Source: Octopus vulgaris
Taxonomy: Eukaryota
DNA length: 64,000 bases
Assembly: GCA_951406725.2 (NCBI GenBank)
Contig: OX597828.1
Span: 35,898,001-35,962,000 of the forward strand
Direction of reading: 5' to 3'
Part shown: piece by piece, positions 52,830-64,000 of the stretch
How positions within the stretch are numbered: the stretch's first letter is position 1
How the letters are laid out: each line of letters begins with the position of its first letter
The notes under the pieces: model-generated
Told to the model about the DNA's origin: nothing
The model's database searches: none
Seen by the model: the letters and a program-made list of their open reading frames with translations, nothing else
Program-made: the position numbers and the translations under genes

Positions 52830-52910
52830 GGCTCTGATGAAGCTAATAGGTGTTATGCAAGCACTCAAATATGGGTTCACTGCATCTAATAGCAGAAACA
52901 GCTGTAAGCT
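52830..52910 (+). ncRNA. Type I hammerhead ribozyme motif inside a fold-back (52752-52970)
   Basis: GGCT-CTGATGA-aGCTAATAG..CTAATAGCa-GAAA-CAGCTG-TA-AGCT; first stem II pair is an A-A mismatch. Confidence 0.68.
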
Positions 52911-53149
52911 ATTGAAGTTCATAAGATAATCAGTTATTTCCTTTGTTATCTCAGTTTCTTATTTCTACTTCTGATTTTGTTGGGCTTCTTTACATCTTTA
53001 ACATTCAAGCCGGCCACATCCAGTGCAAATATTCAACCTGTTTTAAAAATTTACAGCAACTGTTTCGGTAGAATTTTATTGATTTATTCATTGATTACAT
53101 CATAACACACAACCCACCATCCTCAAATAATATTTTAAACAGGTAAGTT

Positions 53150-53362
53150 AGAGAGCTGGTAGAAACGTTAACATGCCAGGCCAAATGCTTAGCGGTATTT
53201 CATCTGTCTTTAAGTCCTGAGTTCAAATTCTGCCAAGGTCGACTTTGCCTTTCATCCTTTCGTGGTTAATAAATTAAGTACCAGTTGCATACCAGGGTCG
53301 ATCTAATCAACTGGCCCCCTCCTCAAAAATTTCGAGCCTTGTGTCAAGAGTAGAAAAGAATA
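53150..53362 (+). mobile_element. SINE family C
   Basis: Matches consensus. Confidence 0.82.
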
Positions 53363-53594
53363 TTTTAAACAGGTGAGATTTTGTACACTGAATATGAAGA
53401 ACATGACAAATTCAACAATGGGCTTCCACACAGTTTTTGTTTACCAGATTCACACCCAAGGTATTGGTCAACCCAGGGCTTTTGTAAAAGACACTTGCCC
53501 AGAAAGTGTTATGAAGTGGAATTGAACTCAAAACCCTGTGGTTGGAAAATGTGCTTCTTAAACCACACAACCATGCCTGCATATATTTACATAC

Positions 53595-54370
53595 AGGCCC
53601 AGGAAGACATGGGATGAGGTGATGAAGCATGATCTTCAAACTTTGAGCCTCGCAGAGGCAATGACCGGTTACCGAAACCTTTGGCGATGTGCTGTGCTTG
53701 AGAAGACCTGTCAAGCCAAGTGTACCCATGTTGCTGGCACGTAAAGAACACCTTTTGAATGCTGGGCCTTACAGAGGCGAAGTGGCTGAGTTCCTTTCAA
53801 GCACTGGGCCTTACAGAGGCAAAGTGGCTGTGTTTCTTTCGAACATTGGGCCTCATGAAGGCAAGGTGGCTGAGTTCCTCACAAGCGTTAGGCCTGACGG
53901 AGGCAAAGTGGCTAAGTTCCTCTTGAGCATTGGGCCTCACGGAGGCAAAGTAACTGAGTTCCTTCCAAGTGTTGGCCCTCCTGGAGGCAATGACCAAGAC
54001 CTATGGCATTATCCTGTGTTTGAGAAGAAGACCCATGAAGCCAAGCAAAATTGCAGTTTCGGCAGTTACTGGTGTCATGCAAATTAGCATGTAAATGCAC
54101 CCCAGTGTCAAGCAAATGGCACGCCTGCCGGTGGCATGTAAAAGCACCAATTTCATTCTCTCAGTGGTTGGTATTAAGAAGGGCATCCATAAGAAAACCA
54201 TGCCAAATCAGACTGGGGTCTGGTGCAGTCTTCCAGTATGCCAGCCCAGTCAAACCTTCCAACCCATGCCAGCATGGACAATAGATATTAAATGATGATG
54301 ATGATGATGATGATAATGATGATAATAATGATGATAATGATGATGATGATGATAATGATGATGACGATGA
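53595..54370 (+). mobile_element. RTE 3' end fragment with an internal 42-bp tandem array and (GAT)n tail
   Basis: RPRKTWDEVMKHDLQTLSLAEAMT matches the 41773-41900 C-terminus. Confidence 0.82.
53760..53992. repeat. 42-bp tandem repeat, about 5.5 units
   Basis: GGGCCT anchors at 53764, 53806, 53848, 53890 and 53932. Confidence 0.9.
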
Positions 54371-54744
54371 CATACACACAAGCATATATACATATTTACA
54401 TATACCGTTGCATATACACTTATACATTCAGATACACATATGGCCAGTTAATTACCAGTATGGAAACCAATTCCAAATGGCTTTTTCACCACTTCTGATT
54501 TTCTCCACTCTTTCCTTTCTTTTCCTCTTCTCTTTCCACTCAACACTTTAATTCAAAGAATAATGTCCAAAATGTCAGAAGAATTAACTCTTTCCATTTC
54601 TCTAAGCTTCAAGTTAATTATTTTTATCATAAACTTATCGTCTTATTGATTTTTTTGGTCTTTAATTTTTTTATATGCGTGGGTATGTGTGAGGGTGAGT
54701 ATATGTATCTATGCCAGTGTGTATGTATATATACTCTCTCTTTA

Positions 54745-55145
54745 ATCTTTTACTTGTTTCAGTCATTTGACTGCGGCCATGCTGGTGCACCGCCTTTAGT
54801 CGAGCAACTCGACCCCAGGACTTATTCTTTTTTGTAAGCCCAGTACTTATTCTATTGGTCTCTTTTTGCCGAACCACTAAGTGACGGGGACATAAACACA
54901 TCAGCATCAGTTGTCAAGTAATGCTAGGGAAACAAACACAGACACACAAACACACACACATACATATATATATACATATATACGACAGGCTTCTTTCAGT
55001 TTCCGTCTACCAAATCCATTCACAAGGCATTGGTCGGCCCGGGGCTATAGCAGGAGACACTTGCCCAAGATGCCACGCAGTGGGACTGAACCCGGAACCA
55101 TGTGGTTGGTTAGCAAGCTACTTACCACTCAGCCACTCCTGCGCC
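54745..55145 (-). mobile_element. SINE family A, young copy
   Basis: Highly similar to 20530-20925. Confidence 0.92.
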
Positions 55146-55381
55146 TATATGTATAAATGTATGTATATGTGTGTGCATGATACATGTGTATGTGTGTGTG
55201 TGTGTGTGTGTTCTCATTTTCTTTTTAACTTAGAGAAAAATTTAACCAGTCACCTACTTGGCAGAAAGGTTGTGAAGGAAAGCATCTCGATTTAACCATC
55301 ATTCTTTAAATTTTAAGAAGGTCTCGCAGATTTTTATTGTCTCAGATATCACGATCATTTGTAACATATGAATTAAGGATT

Positions 55382-55465
<84 letters not shown>

Positions 55466-55584
55466 ATGTAAGTGTTTTTTATTTCTTCAATGTATTTGAA
55501 TTCTTAGAAGGGGAACTGGTTTCTAACAAAAAAATAACAGGAACACCATTGCTGGAAAATGAATTAGAACAATGATCATGATCA

Positions 55585-55947
55585 TCATCATCATCATTCT
55601 CATCATCATCGTTTAACGTCCACTTTCCATACTGGCATGGGTTGGACGATTTGACTGAGGACTGGTGAACCAGATGGCTGCACCAGGCTCCAGTCTGATC
55701 TAGCAGAGTTTCTTCAGCTGGATGCCCTTGCTAACGCCAACCACTCCGAGAGTGTAGTGGGTGCTTTTACATGCCACTGGCACAAGGGCCAGTCAGGCAG
55801 TACTGACTTTTATGTGCCACCTACACAGGAGCCAGTCCAGCGGTACTGGCAACGACCTTGCTTGAATTTTTTTACACGTGCCACCAGCACAAGTGCCAAT
55901 AAGTTGACACACTTGAATGGTGTTTTATTACATGCCACCAGCACATA
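55585..55947 (-). mobile_element. Family B RTE-tail repeat
   Basis: (CAT)n then GTTTAACGTCCACTTTCCAT. Confidence 0.85.
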
Positions 55948-56529
55948 AAAAATGTTAATTATTATATAATGAACCTTAGAATATCTTGTATATTTTTTCT
56001 ATTCCAGTAACAGACTGTCTTCAGAAAGTGCATATTAACCTGAAAATCCTTTCTCTTGATTATGTCAGTAAATATCGAGCTGACAATCTTATAGATTGTC
56101 ATTTAGATATTTACTAACATTTCTAAGTGCACTAATAATTACAGGTATAAATATAAATTTTTAATCAGGGTAGAGGAGCTGCAAGTTTCAAAGCAGCTGT
56201 CCTTGAATATTTTCCTTCTCCATGATTTAGAAAAGATATCCACATGAAAGTACTCACGCAGGCTCCATGTAAAAAGCACCCATGACAGCACCATGTAATA
56301 GCAACTAAGATGGCACCACATAAAAGCACCTGCGCTGGCTCCGTATAAAATGCACCCAGCACACTTTGTAAAAGTAGGGCATCCAGCCATAGAAATCAAA
56401 CAAAATCAGACAGGAACCCGGCACAGCTCTCTAGCATGCCAACTCTGGTCAAACCGTCCAACCCATGCCAGCTTGGAAAATGAACGTTAAATGATGATGA
56501 TGATGAGGAGGAGGATGATGATGATGATT

Positions 56530-56880
56530 TACATATGCAAGATAACTAACCTCTATGACTATACATGATTTTTATTGTCATTTTCATCTCAAATAACAAT
56601 ATCGGGTCTGTTATGCTTGCACTTGATAGAGGTTTTGATGATAATGTTGCACTTATATTCCCTGTGCTCATATCTATGTATTCTATAGCAGAAAAGATCA
56701 TTTACACTTATCCCATGGTAGTCCTTTCTGCGATAGCATTGTATATTGCTTTTAGCAACATCATATCGCAGAAGAAGATAATGGTGCAATGATATTCTGG
56801 GGCAGTTCCTGATTTCATGTATTATGCCTTTCATGGAAGAGCAACAGAATCAACATTTGTTGTTGAATCTCAGAAAGATT
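56530..56880 (-). pseudogene. R4/Dong-like RLE LINE fragment: CCHC knuckle and PD endonuclease motif
   Basis: NNKC*FC...IIHEIRNCP...HYLLLRYDVAK...IKCKHNRPDIVI. Confidence 0.75.
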
Positions 56881-56979
56881 AAAGGATTCACAGTCCAGTT
56901 TCTTGATTGACTGATTGAATCTGGGGACTTTAAAGGCTAAATATGTCTGAAGGTTTGTATGAATGCATATAAGTATGGG

Positions 56980-57138
56980 TGCAGGCATGACTGTGTGGTA
57001 AGAAGCTTACTTCCCAACCACATGGTTCTGAGTTCAGTCCTACTGCATGGCACCTTGGGCAAGTGTCTTCTACTATAGCCTCAAGCCGACCAAAACTTTG
57101 TGAATGGATTTAGTAGACAGAAACTGAAAGAAGCCCAT

Positions 57139-57204
<66 letters not shown>

Positions 57205-57228
57205 TATATGTGTGTATGTATATATATA

Positions 57229-57299
<71 letters not shown>

Positions 57300-57585
57300 G
57301 TGTATATATATATATATACGTATATATACATATACATATATATATACATATATATTTATGTGTGTCTTTGTGCCTGTGTTTGTACCCCCAATATCACTTG
57401 ACAACTGGTGTTGGTGTGTTTACATCCCTGTGACTTAGCAGTTTGGCAAAAGAGACCAATAGAATGAGTACTGCGCTTACAAAGAATAAGTCCTGGGGTC
57501 GATTTCTTCAACAAAAAAAGGCTCTTTAAAGTGCTGCTCCAGCATGGCCACACTCAAATGACTAAAGCAAGTAAAAAAAATAAAA
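56980..57585 (+). mobile_element. SINE family A with expanded central (TA)n/(TG)n
   Basis: Head 56980-57140, tail 57360-57585. Confidence 0.88.
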
Positions 57586-57709
57586 GTGCATGCATGTGCG
57601 TGCATGTGCATGCACGTGTGTGTGTGTGTATTGGCGCTTCATATTCAGTATAATGACTAGAAATGCAAGAAATACAAAAAACCACACGTGAGGTACCATC
57701 TTTACAATC

Positions 57710-58070
<361 letters not shown>

Positions 58071-58607
58071 TATAGATTTAGATATATACATGCATACACA
58101 AATACAGATACACATATGTAAATATATACATAGACACACAGCAAGTATGCTAACAAAGTGGTAATCCCTCTCCCCCTCTCCCCTCTATTCTTGTGTCCCT
58201 TCCTTAAAGAAAAAGAAAAACAGTCTTCAAGTCACTTACCTCTTTGCTGTTAAAGTCCGTCAATTAGACATTTACATGCTGTGCCATTCAACAAATGGTT
58301 TGGTTCTATGGAATGAATGAAAGAGAGAGAGAGAGAGAGAGAGAATGAGTAGAGAGACGAGAAGAACAAGAATGAGTAAGAGGAGAGAGAGAGAGAGAGT
58401 GATAGAGAGAGAAGAATGTTTATATAAGTGACAGAGATGAGAGAGAGAGTGTGTGTGTGTTGTGTGTGTGTGTGTGTCATCATTTTCCATTTTTTTTAAC
58501 GCTTATTTTTGCTATCTGTCTTTAAATCATAGAGTCATAATTACACATTACCAGTATTTTCAAGCATTTACAGGGATATATTAGACATAACAAACATGTA
58601 TGTACTT

Positions 58608-58640
<33 letters not shown>

Positions 58641-59128
58641 AAGACGAGCAGACAGACAGACAGAAAGACGGACAGACAGGCAGAAACAGATAGGGGGAGA
58701 GGGGGGAAGAGAGTCTTCCTCACCATCATCATTGTTTTAATGTTCTCTTTTCCATGCTTTTGCATGAATCAGACATAATCCATTGAGATTGAGGCAGATT
58801 TTTCTACGGCCAGATGATGCTCTTCCAACAGCCAGCCCTCAAATGTTTGCTAGTAAGGTGATATTTGCCTATGGCCAGACACATTTCCACAGAATATTGT
58901 AATCAAAGGACACCATTTAAATGTTGGTGATACTCATCTACAAATGCCACAAGACAAGGGTACACACACGCACACCTATATACATGAATATATGTGTATG
59001 TGTATGTATATATGTGCGTGTGTGTGTGTATATATATATATACATATATATACATTATCGCCATGGGCTCCTTGAGAGCGGTCAGTTAAAAGGTTTTTGT
59101 GCATTTTAATGTCGACATAAGTTCCTTG

Positions 59129-59213
59129 ATTTTCCTGATGAGAAATCTGCATAATGTACTCCTTATTCCTTCGGAATTAGGAATATGCAGCCTTCGAAAC
59201 ATATGTCGAGAAT
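59129..59213 (+). ncRNA. Type I hammerhead ribozyme motif with GUC cleavage triplet
   Basis: ATTTTC-CTGATGA-GAAatCTGCATA..TATGCAGccTTC-GAAA-CATATG-TC-GAGAAT, overlapping AATAAA; within (TA)n-flanked 59056-59425. Confidence 0.83.
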
Positions 59214-59424
59214 AAAGGATATTTGTTAACTAGTCGTTCAACTCCATTCTTTCATATACTTATAATTTTAAAATAAACATACAAATTTCCGCACGAAGAC
59301 ACGTAGTCTATGCCCTAGGGACGTAGCTTCAACCGTGTTCTTTCTGATGTGAATTTGCTACCCAGGTATCGGTTATCTTTCGAATTATCCTTAATAAGAT
59401 AACTCATTCAATTACTCAAATATT

Positions 59425-59474
<50 letters not shown>

Positions 59475-59647
59475 TATATATATATTGCATACATATAAAT
59501 TTTTCTGAATCTTCATATTTTTCTATATGCTAGACCACTGGTTTTAAATTGATATTAATCAAATTAATATTCAATTTTTCACCCTTATTATTTTGCCCAT
59601 GCTAGCATGGAAAGCAGACGCTAAATGATGATGATGATATATATATA

Positions 59648-59933
59648 TTGTAAAAGACACTTGCCCAGAAAGTGTTGTGAAGTGGAATTGAACTCAAAAC
59701 CCTATGGTTGGAAAACGTGCTTCTAAAACCACACAACCATGCCTGCATATATTTACATACAGACCCAGGAAGACATGGGATGAGGTGGCGAAGCATGATC
59801 TTCAAACGTTGAGCCTCGCAGAGGCAATGACCGGTAACCGAAACCTTCGATGTGATGTGCTTGAGAAGACCTGTCAAGCCAAGTGTACCCATGTTGCTGG
59901 CATGTAAAGAACACCTTTTGAATGCTGGGCCTT
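59648..59933 (+). repeat. Direct duplicate of 53482-53770 (SINE-head/RTE chimera)
   Basis: Colinear with few substitutions, including the junction. Confidence 0.9.
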
Positions 59934-60016
59934 CATTTATATATAATAAATAACTTGGACAAATAAGTATAATTCAATTACTGTATTTAAATATCTAGTG
60001 AGGCTTCATTATCAAT

Positions 60017-60059
60017 GTACCTGAAGAGACCCAAACTGATGGGTTGAAACATGTTGTGC
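60017..60059 (+). ncRNA. Minimal hammerhead-like motif, probably inactive (GUU site)
   Basis: GTAC-CTGAAGA-GACCCA aactga TGGGTT-GAAA-CATG-TT-GTGC, then AATAAA. Confidence 0.6.
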
Positions 60060-60494
60060 CTAATAAAAGTCTAATATGAAATCTATCTCCTACTATTAAT
60101 TAATACTATATATATATATAAACTTATATAAACTTAATTAGAGGGTAGCCTCATGAAGGGATGGTTGCATCCAAGGAAATTCTGGTTTAATACCTAGTAT
60201 TTTGGGGGGAATGATAGTTTATATCCATTTAAAAGAAGAAAAGAAAATGGAGATAAGAAAGTTAATAATTGTTTATTATTAACTAATTGGTAATCTTCAC
60301 TTCTTACAGCTGTCTCAATTAATACTTAATAATTTAATTACAAATTTGTACATTAAATTTACAATTATGTGACATGAGTGTAATTTCACCAGAGGTAAAA
60401 AGAGGTACCTTTGGATGTTATGTGTGGGTTTATCAATTCATTTTAACAGACTCAGGCTTCTTTCAGTTTCCATCTATAAAATCCACTCATGCCG

Positions 60495-61045
60495 GATTTT
60501 ATATTTCAACATTTCAGGTTTAGGAACCCCTTCTTTAAGAAATATTTGGAAATTCGGTGTTGTGATCTGACTTTTCTGTTCTGTAGTGGGTGTTTATGAA
60601 GGGTTGCTTTGCATACAGAGGACAGCATTGCTGTATCACCCTATGTGCTGCATGCAGCTAGGTTCTGTTTTCAAAGTGTGGATTGGTCTTACCAATGCTG
60701 ATGACTTCTTTTATTCTTAGGTTCCCAATATTTCATTGTGTGGTATCAATGGAAGCTTGGCTGTTTTGGGTGATAGATAGATTGGCAGGTTTTTATTGAT
60801 GTTATAGAATGAAACATTGGGAATCTGAGGATGAAAGAAACCATAATCATAAGAAACAACAGATCAGGTATTAACGAGAGAACCAAGCTGCACACATGAG
60901 TGGCTACTATAATACTGCTATCCTGCATGTGCAAAGCAACTCTCCATATCCACTCACTGCAGAACAGAAAAGTCAGATCACAATAAAAATTCTCCAAAGA
61001 TTTCCTGGAGAAGAGATCCTAACACCAAAATATCAAAATACAAAA
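60495..61045. repeat. Old diverged inverted duplication (~240-bp arms)
   Basis: TTGTGATCTGACTTTTCTGTTCTG / CAGAACAGAAAAGTCAGATCACAA; GTTGCTTTGCA / TGCAAAGCAAC. Confidence 0.8.
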
Positions 61046-61421
61046 TAAAAGCACAGACTACCAACTTGTAGTATTTTCTTTTAACTTGCATTGTTTGGGC
61101 TTTTTAAAAACATGTGTGTGTGTGTGTGTGTGTGTGTGTCTGTGTGTCTGTGTGTGTCTGTGTGTGTGTCTGTGTGTGTGTGTGTGTCTGTGTCTGTGTG
61201 TGTGTGTGTGTTCATTCAGTCATCTTTACATTTTTTTCCATGCTAGCATGGATTAGAAGAATATATTATTGAAGCTTTATTTTACAATTAGACACCCTTC
61301 CTGTCCTTTAAGCCTTGCTTTGTTTTTCAAATAAGGACTCTTATTTCACAAGTCTTTGAAGACGAAAAGCCAGCAGACGATCCACTGACAAAGGAAAGTG
61401 AGAGAGTGATATATATATACA

Positions 61422-61650
61422 AAAGGCGGCGAGCTGGCAGAAACGTTAGCACGCCGGGCGAAATGCGTAGCCGTATTTCGTCTGCCGTTACGTTCTGAGT
61501 TCAAATTCCGCCGAGGTTGACTTTGCCTTTCATCCTTTCGGGGTCGATTAAATAAGTACCAATTACGCACTGGGGTCGATATAATCGACTTAATCCATTT
61601 GTCCTTGTTTGTCTTCTCTGTGTTTAGCCCCTTGTGGGTAGTAAAGAAAT
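61422..61650 (+). mobile_element. SINE family C, young CpG-rich copy
   Basis: GGCGGCGAGCTGGCAGAAACGTTAGCACGCCGGGCG...GAGTTCAAATTCC. Confidence 0.9.
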
Positions 61651-61876
61651 AGATATATATATACACAAACGAACAGACAGACAGATACCACAGATAGACA
61701 GACAGACAAACAGACAAACAGACAAACAGACACATAGATAACAGACAGCGACAGACAGAGATTCCATAGTCAAAGATAATTGACGGACAGATAGGTATAG
61801 TGTTTTCCATTACTAAAGCACTATTTAAACATGCTGCAATGTACTTATTAGATAAATTGCATATATGTGTACATAC

Positions 61877-61951
<75 letters not shown>

Positions 61952-62199
61952 ACACACACACACACACACATGTATGTATATACAGAAACAAACAAATTCC
62001 GACACAGAAACTTAAACCACATTCACACAAATATATCATTTGGGTGGAGATGGGTTAAGTTCATGTAGGTGTGCTTGTGTGTTTACGGTTATATGGGGTG
62101 GGGGAGGGGGCATCTTTTTGTTGTCAACCTGGTGATGTAATTAGGTGAAAAATACCTTTCTTTGATAAATAAATTCTACAAATATTTGTCACAAACAAA

Positions 62200-63235
<1,036 letters not shown>

Positions 63236-63744
63236 TAAACACACACATATGCATACATCCAGACAGATATTTGTTACTAGTTAAAGTGAAAGAGAGTGGG
63301 AAAGAAAGCGAGAGAGAGAGAGAGGGAGAGAGAGAGAGAGCTGAGTGAATAAGTGCAGGTATGAGTGGAGCAGGTGTGTGTGTTTGCCAGTTTTGAGTGT
63401 ACGTTTGCATGTCTAGGTGTACGTGTATATATGTATATTTGTATGTGTGTATGTGTGTTTGGAAAAGGAAGTGAGGATTGTTCGTAAGTGTCAAAGTAGC
63501 AATAAATAATGAACATCTTACTGCTTTATCGTTAGGTGAGGTGTTAAACGGCTCTCACTTGCCTGCAATCATTTGAATATTGTGGTATTGGGGGAAATGT
63601 TTACTGCTCCCACCCCCCACTTCCACAATAAACACCACCACCATCATTTCTACAGTCTCCACCTTCATCACTACAATCACAGATCAACAGAGTCACCATC
63701 ACTACCAACAACAGCATCGATATCACGACTATCCCAACTACTTC

Positions 63745-63747
63745 AAA

Positions 63748-63780
<33 letters not shown>

Positions 63781-64000
63781 AATCACCAACACCACCACCA
63801 CCATCATCATCATCATTACCACTATCCAGCACTGCCACCCCCACCATCATCATCATCATCACTATCCATCAACACCACCACCACCACCACCACCACCATC
63901 ATCATAATCATCATCATCATTACCACTATCCACCACTGCCACCACTGCCATCATCATCCTCATCACTACTATCGACTAACACCATCACCACCACATCAAC
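63745..64000. repeat. (CAT)n/(CAC)n trinucleotide low-complexity tract
   Basis: Direct reading. Confidence 0.92.

Noticed and set aside
53689-54087. 132-aa ORF with 14-aa repeats
   Set aside because: Product of a 42-bp tandem array inside an RTE remnant
56565-56792. 75-aa hydrophobic plus-strand ORF
   Set aside because: Antisense of the R4/Dong-like LINE fragment

Overview
AT-rich, repeat-saturated animal genomic DNA, intergenic or intronic. The SINE/LINE/microsatellite landscape looks like an octopus (cephalopod) genome; this is an inference. No intact host protein-coding gene is supported: almost all ORF-track entries are translations of (TA)n, (CA)n, (GATA)n, (CAT)n or (TAA)n tracts or of SINEs. 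Real coding remnants are all decayed transposons: RTE, CR1, R4/Dong-like, HERO-like and Tx1-like LINE pieces, and two mariner transposase fragments. There are also several MITEs, a candidate solo LTR, minisatellites and about 40 SINE copies from a few families. The most notable signal is a set of non-coding elements carrying type I hammerhead ribozyme motifs (stem I-CUGANGA-stem II-GAAA-short, often palindromic stem III-GUH-stem I). I can fold eight with an intact core by eye, plus about five degenerate ones. They belong to several unrelated sequence families, often sit next to (TA)n tracts, and are often arranged as fold-back inverted repeats. This fits non-autonomous Penelope-like pLTR or retrozyme-type elements. 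All folding and family calls were made by eye; coordinates of repeat boundaries are approximate.
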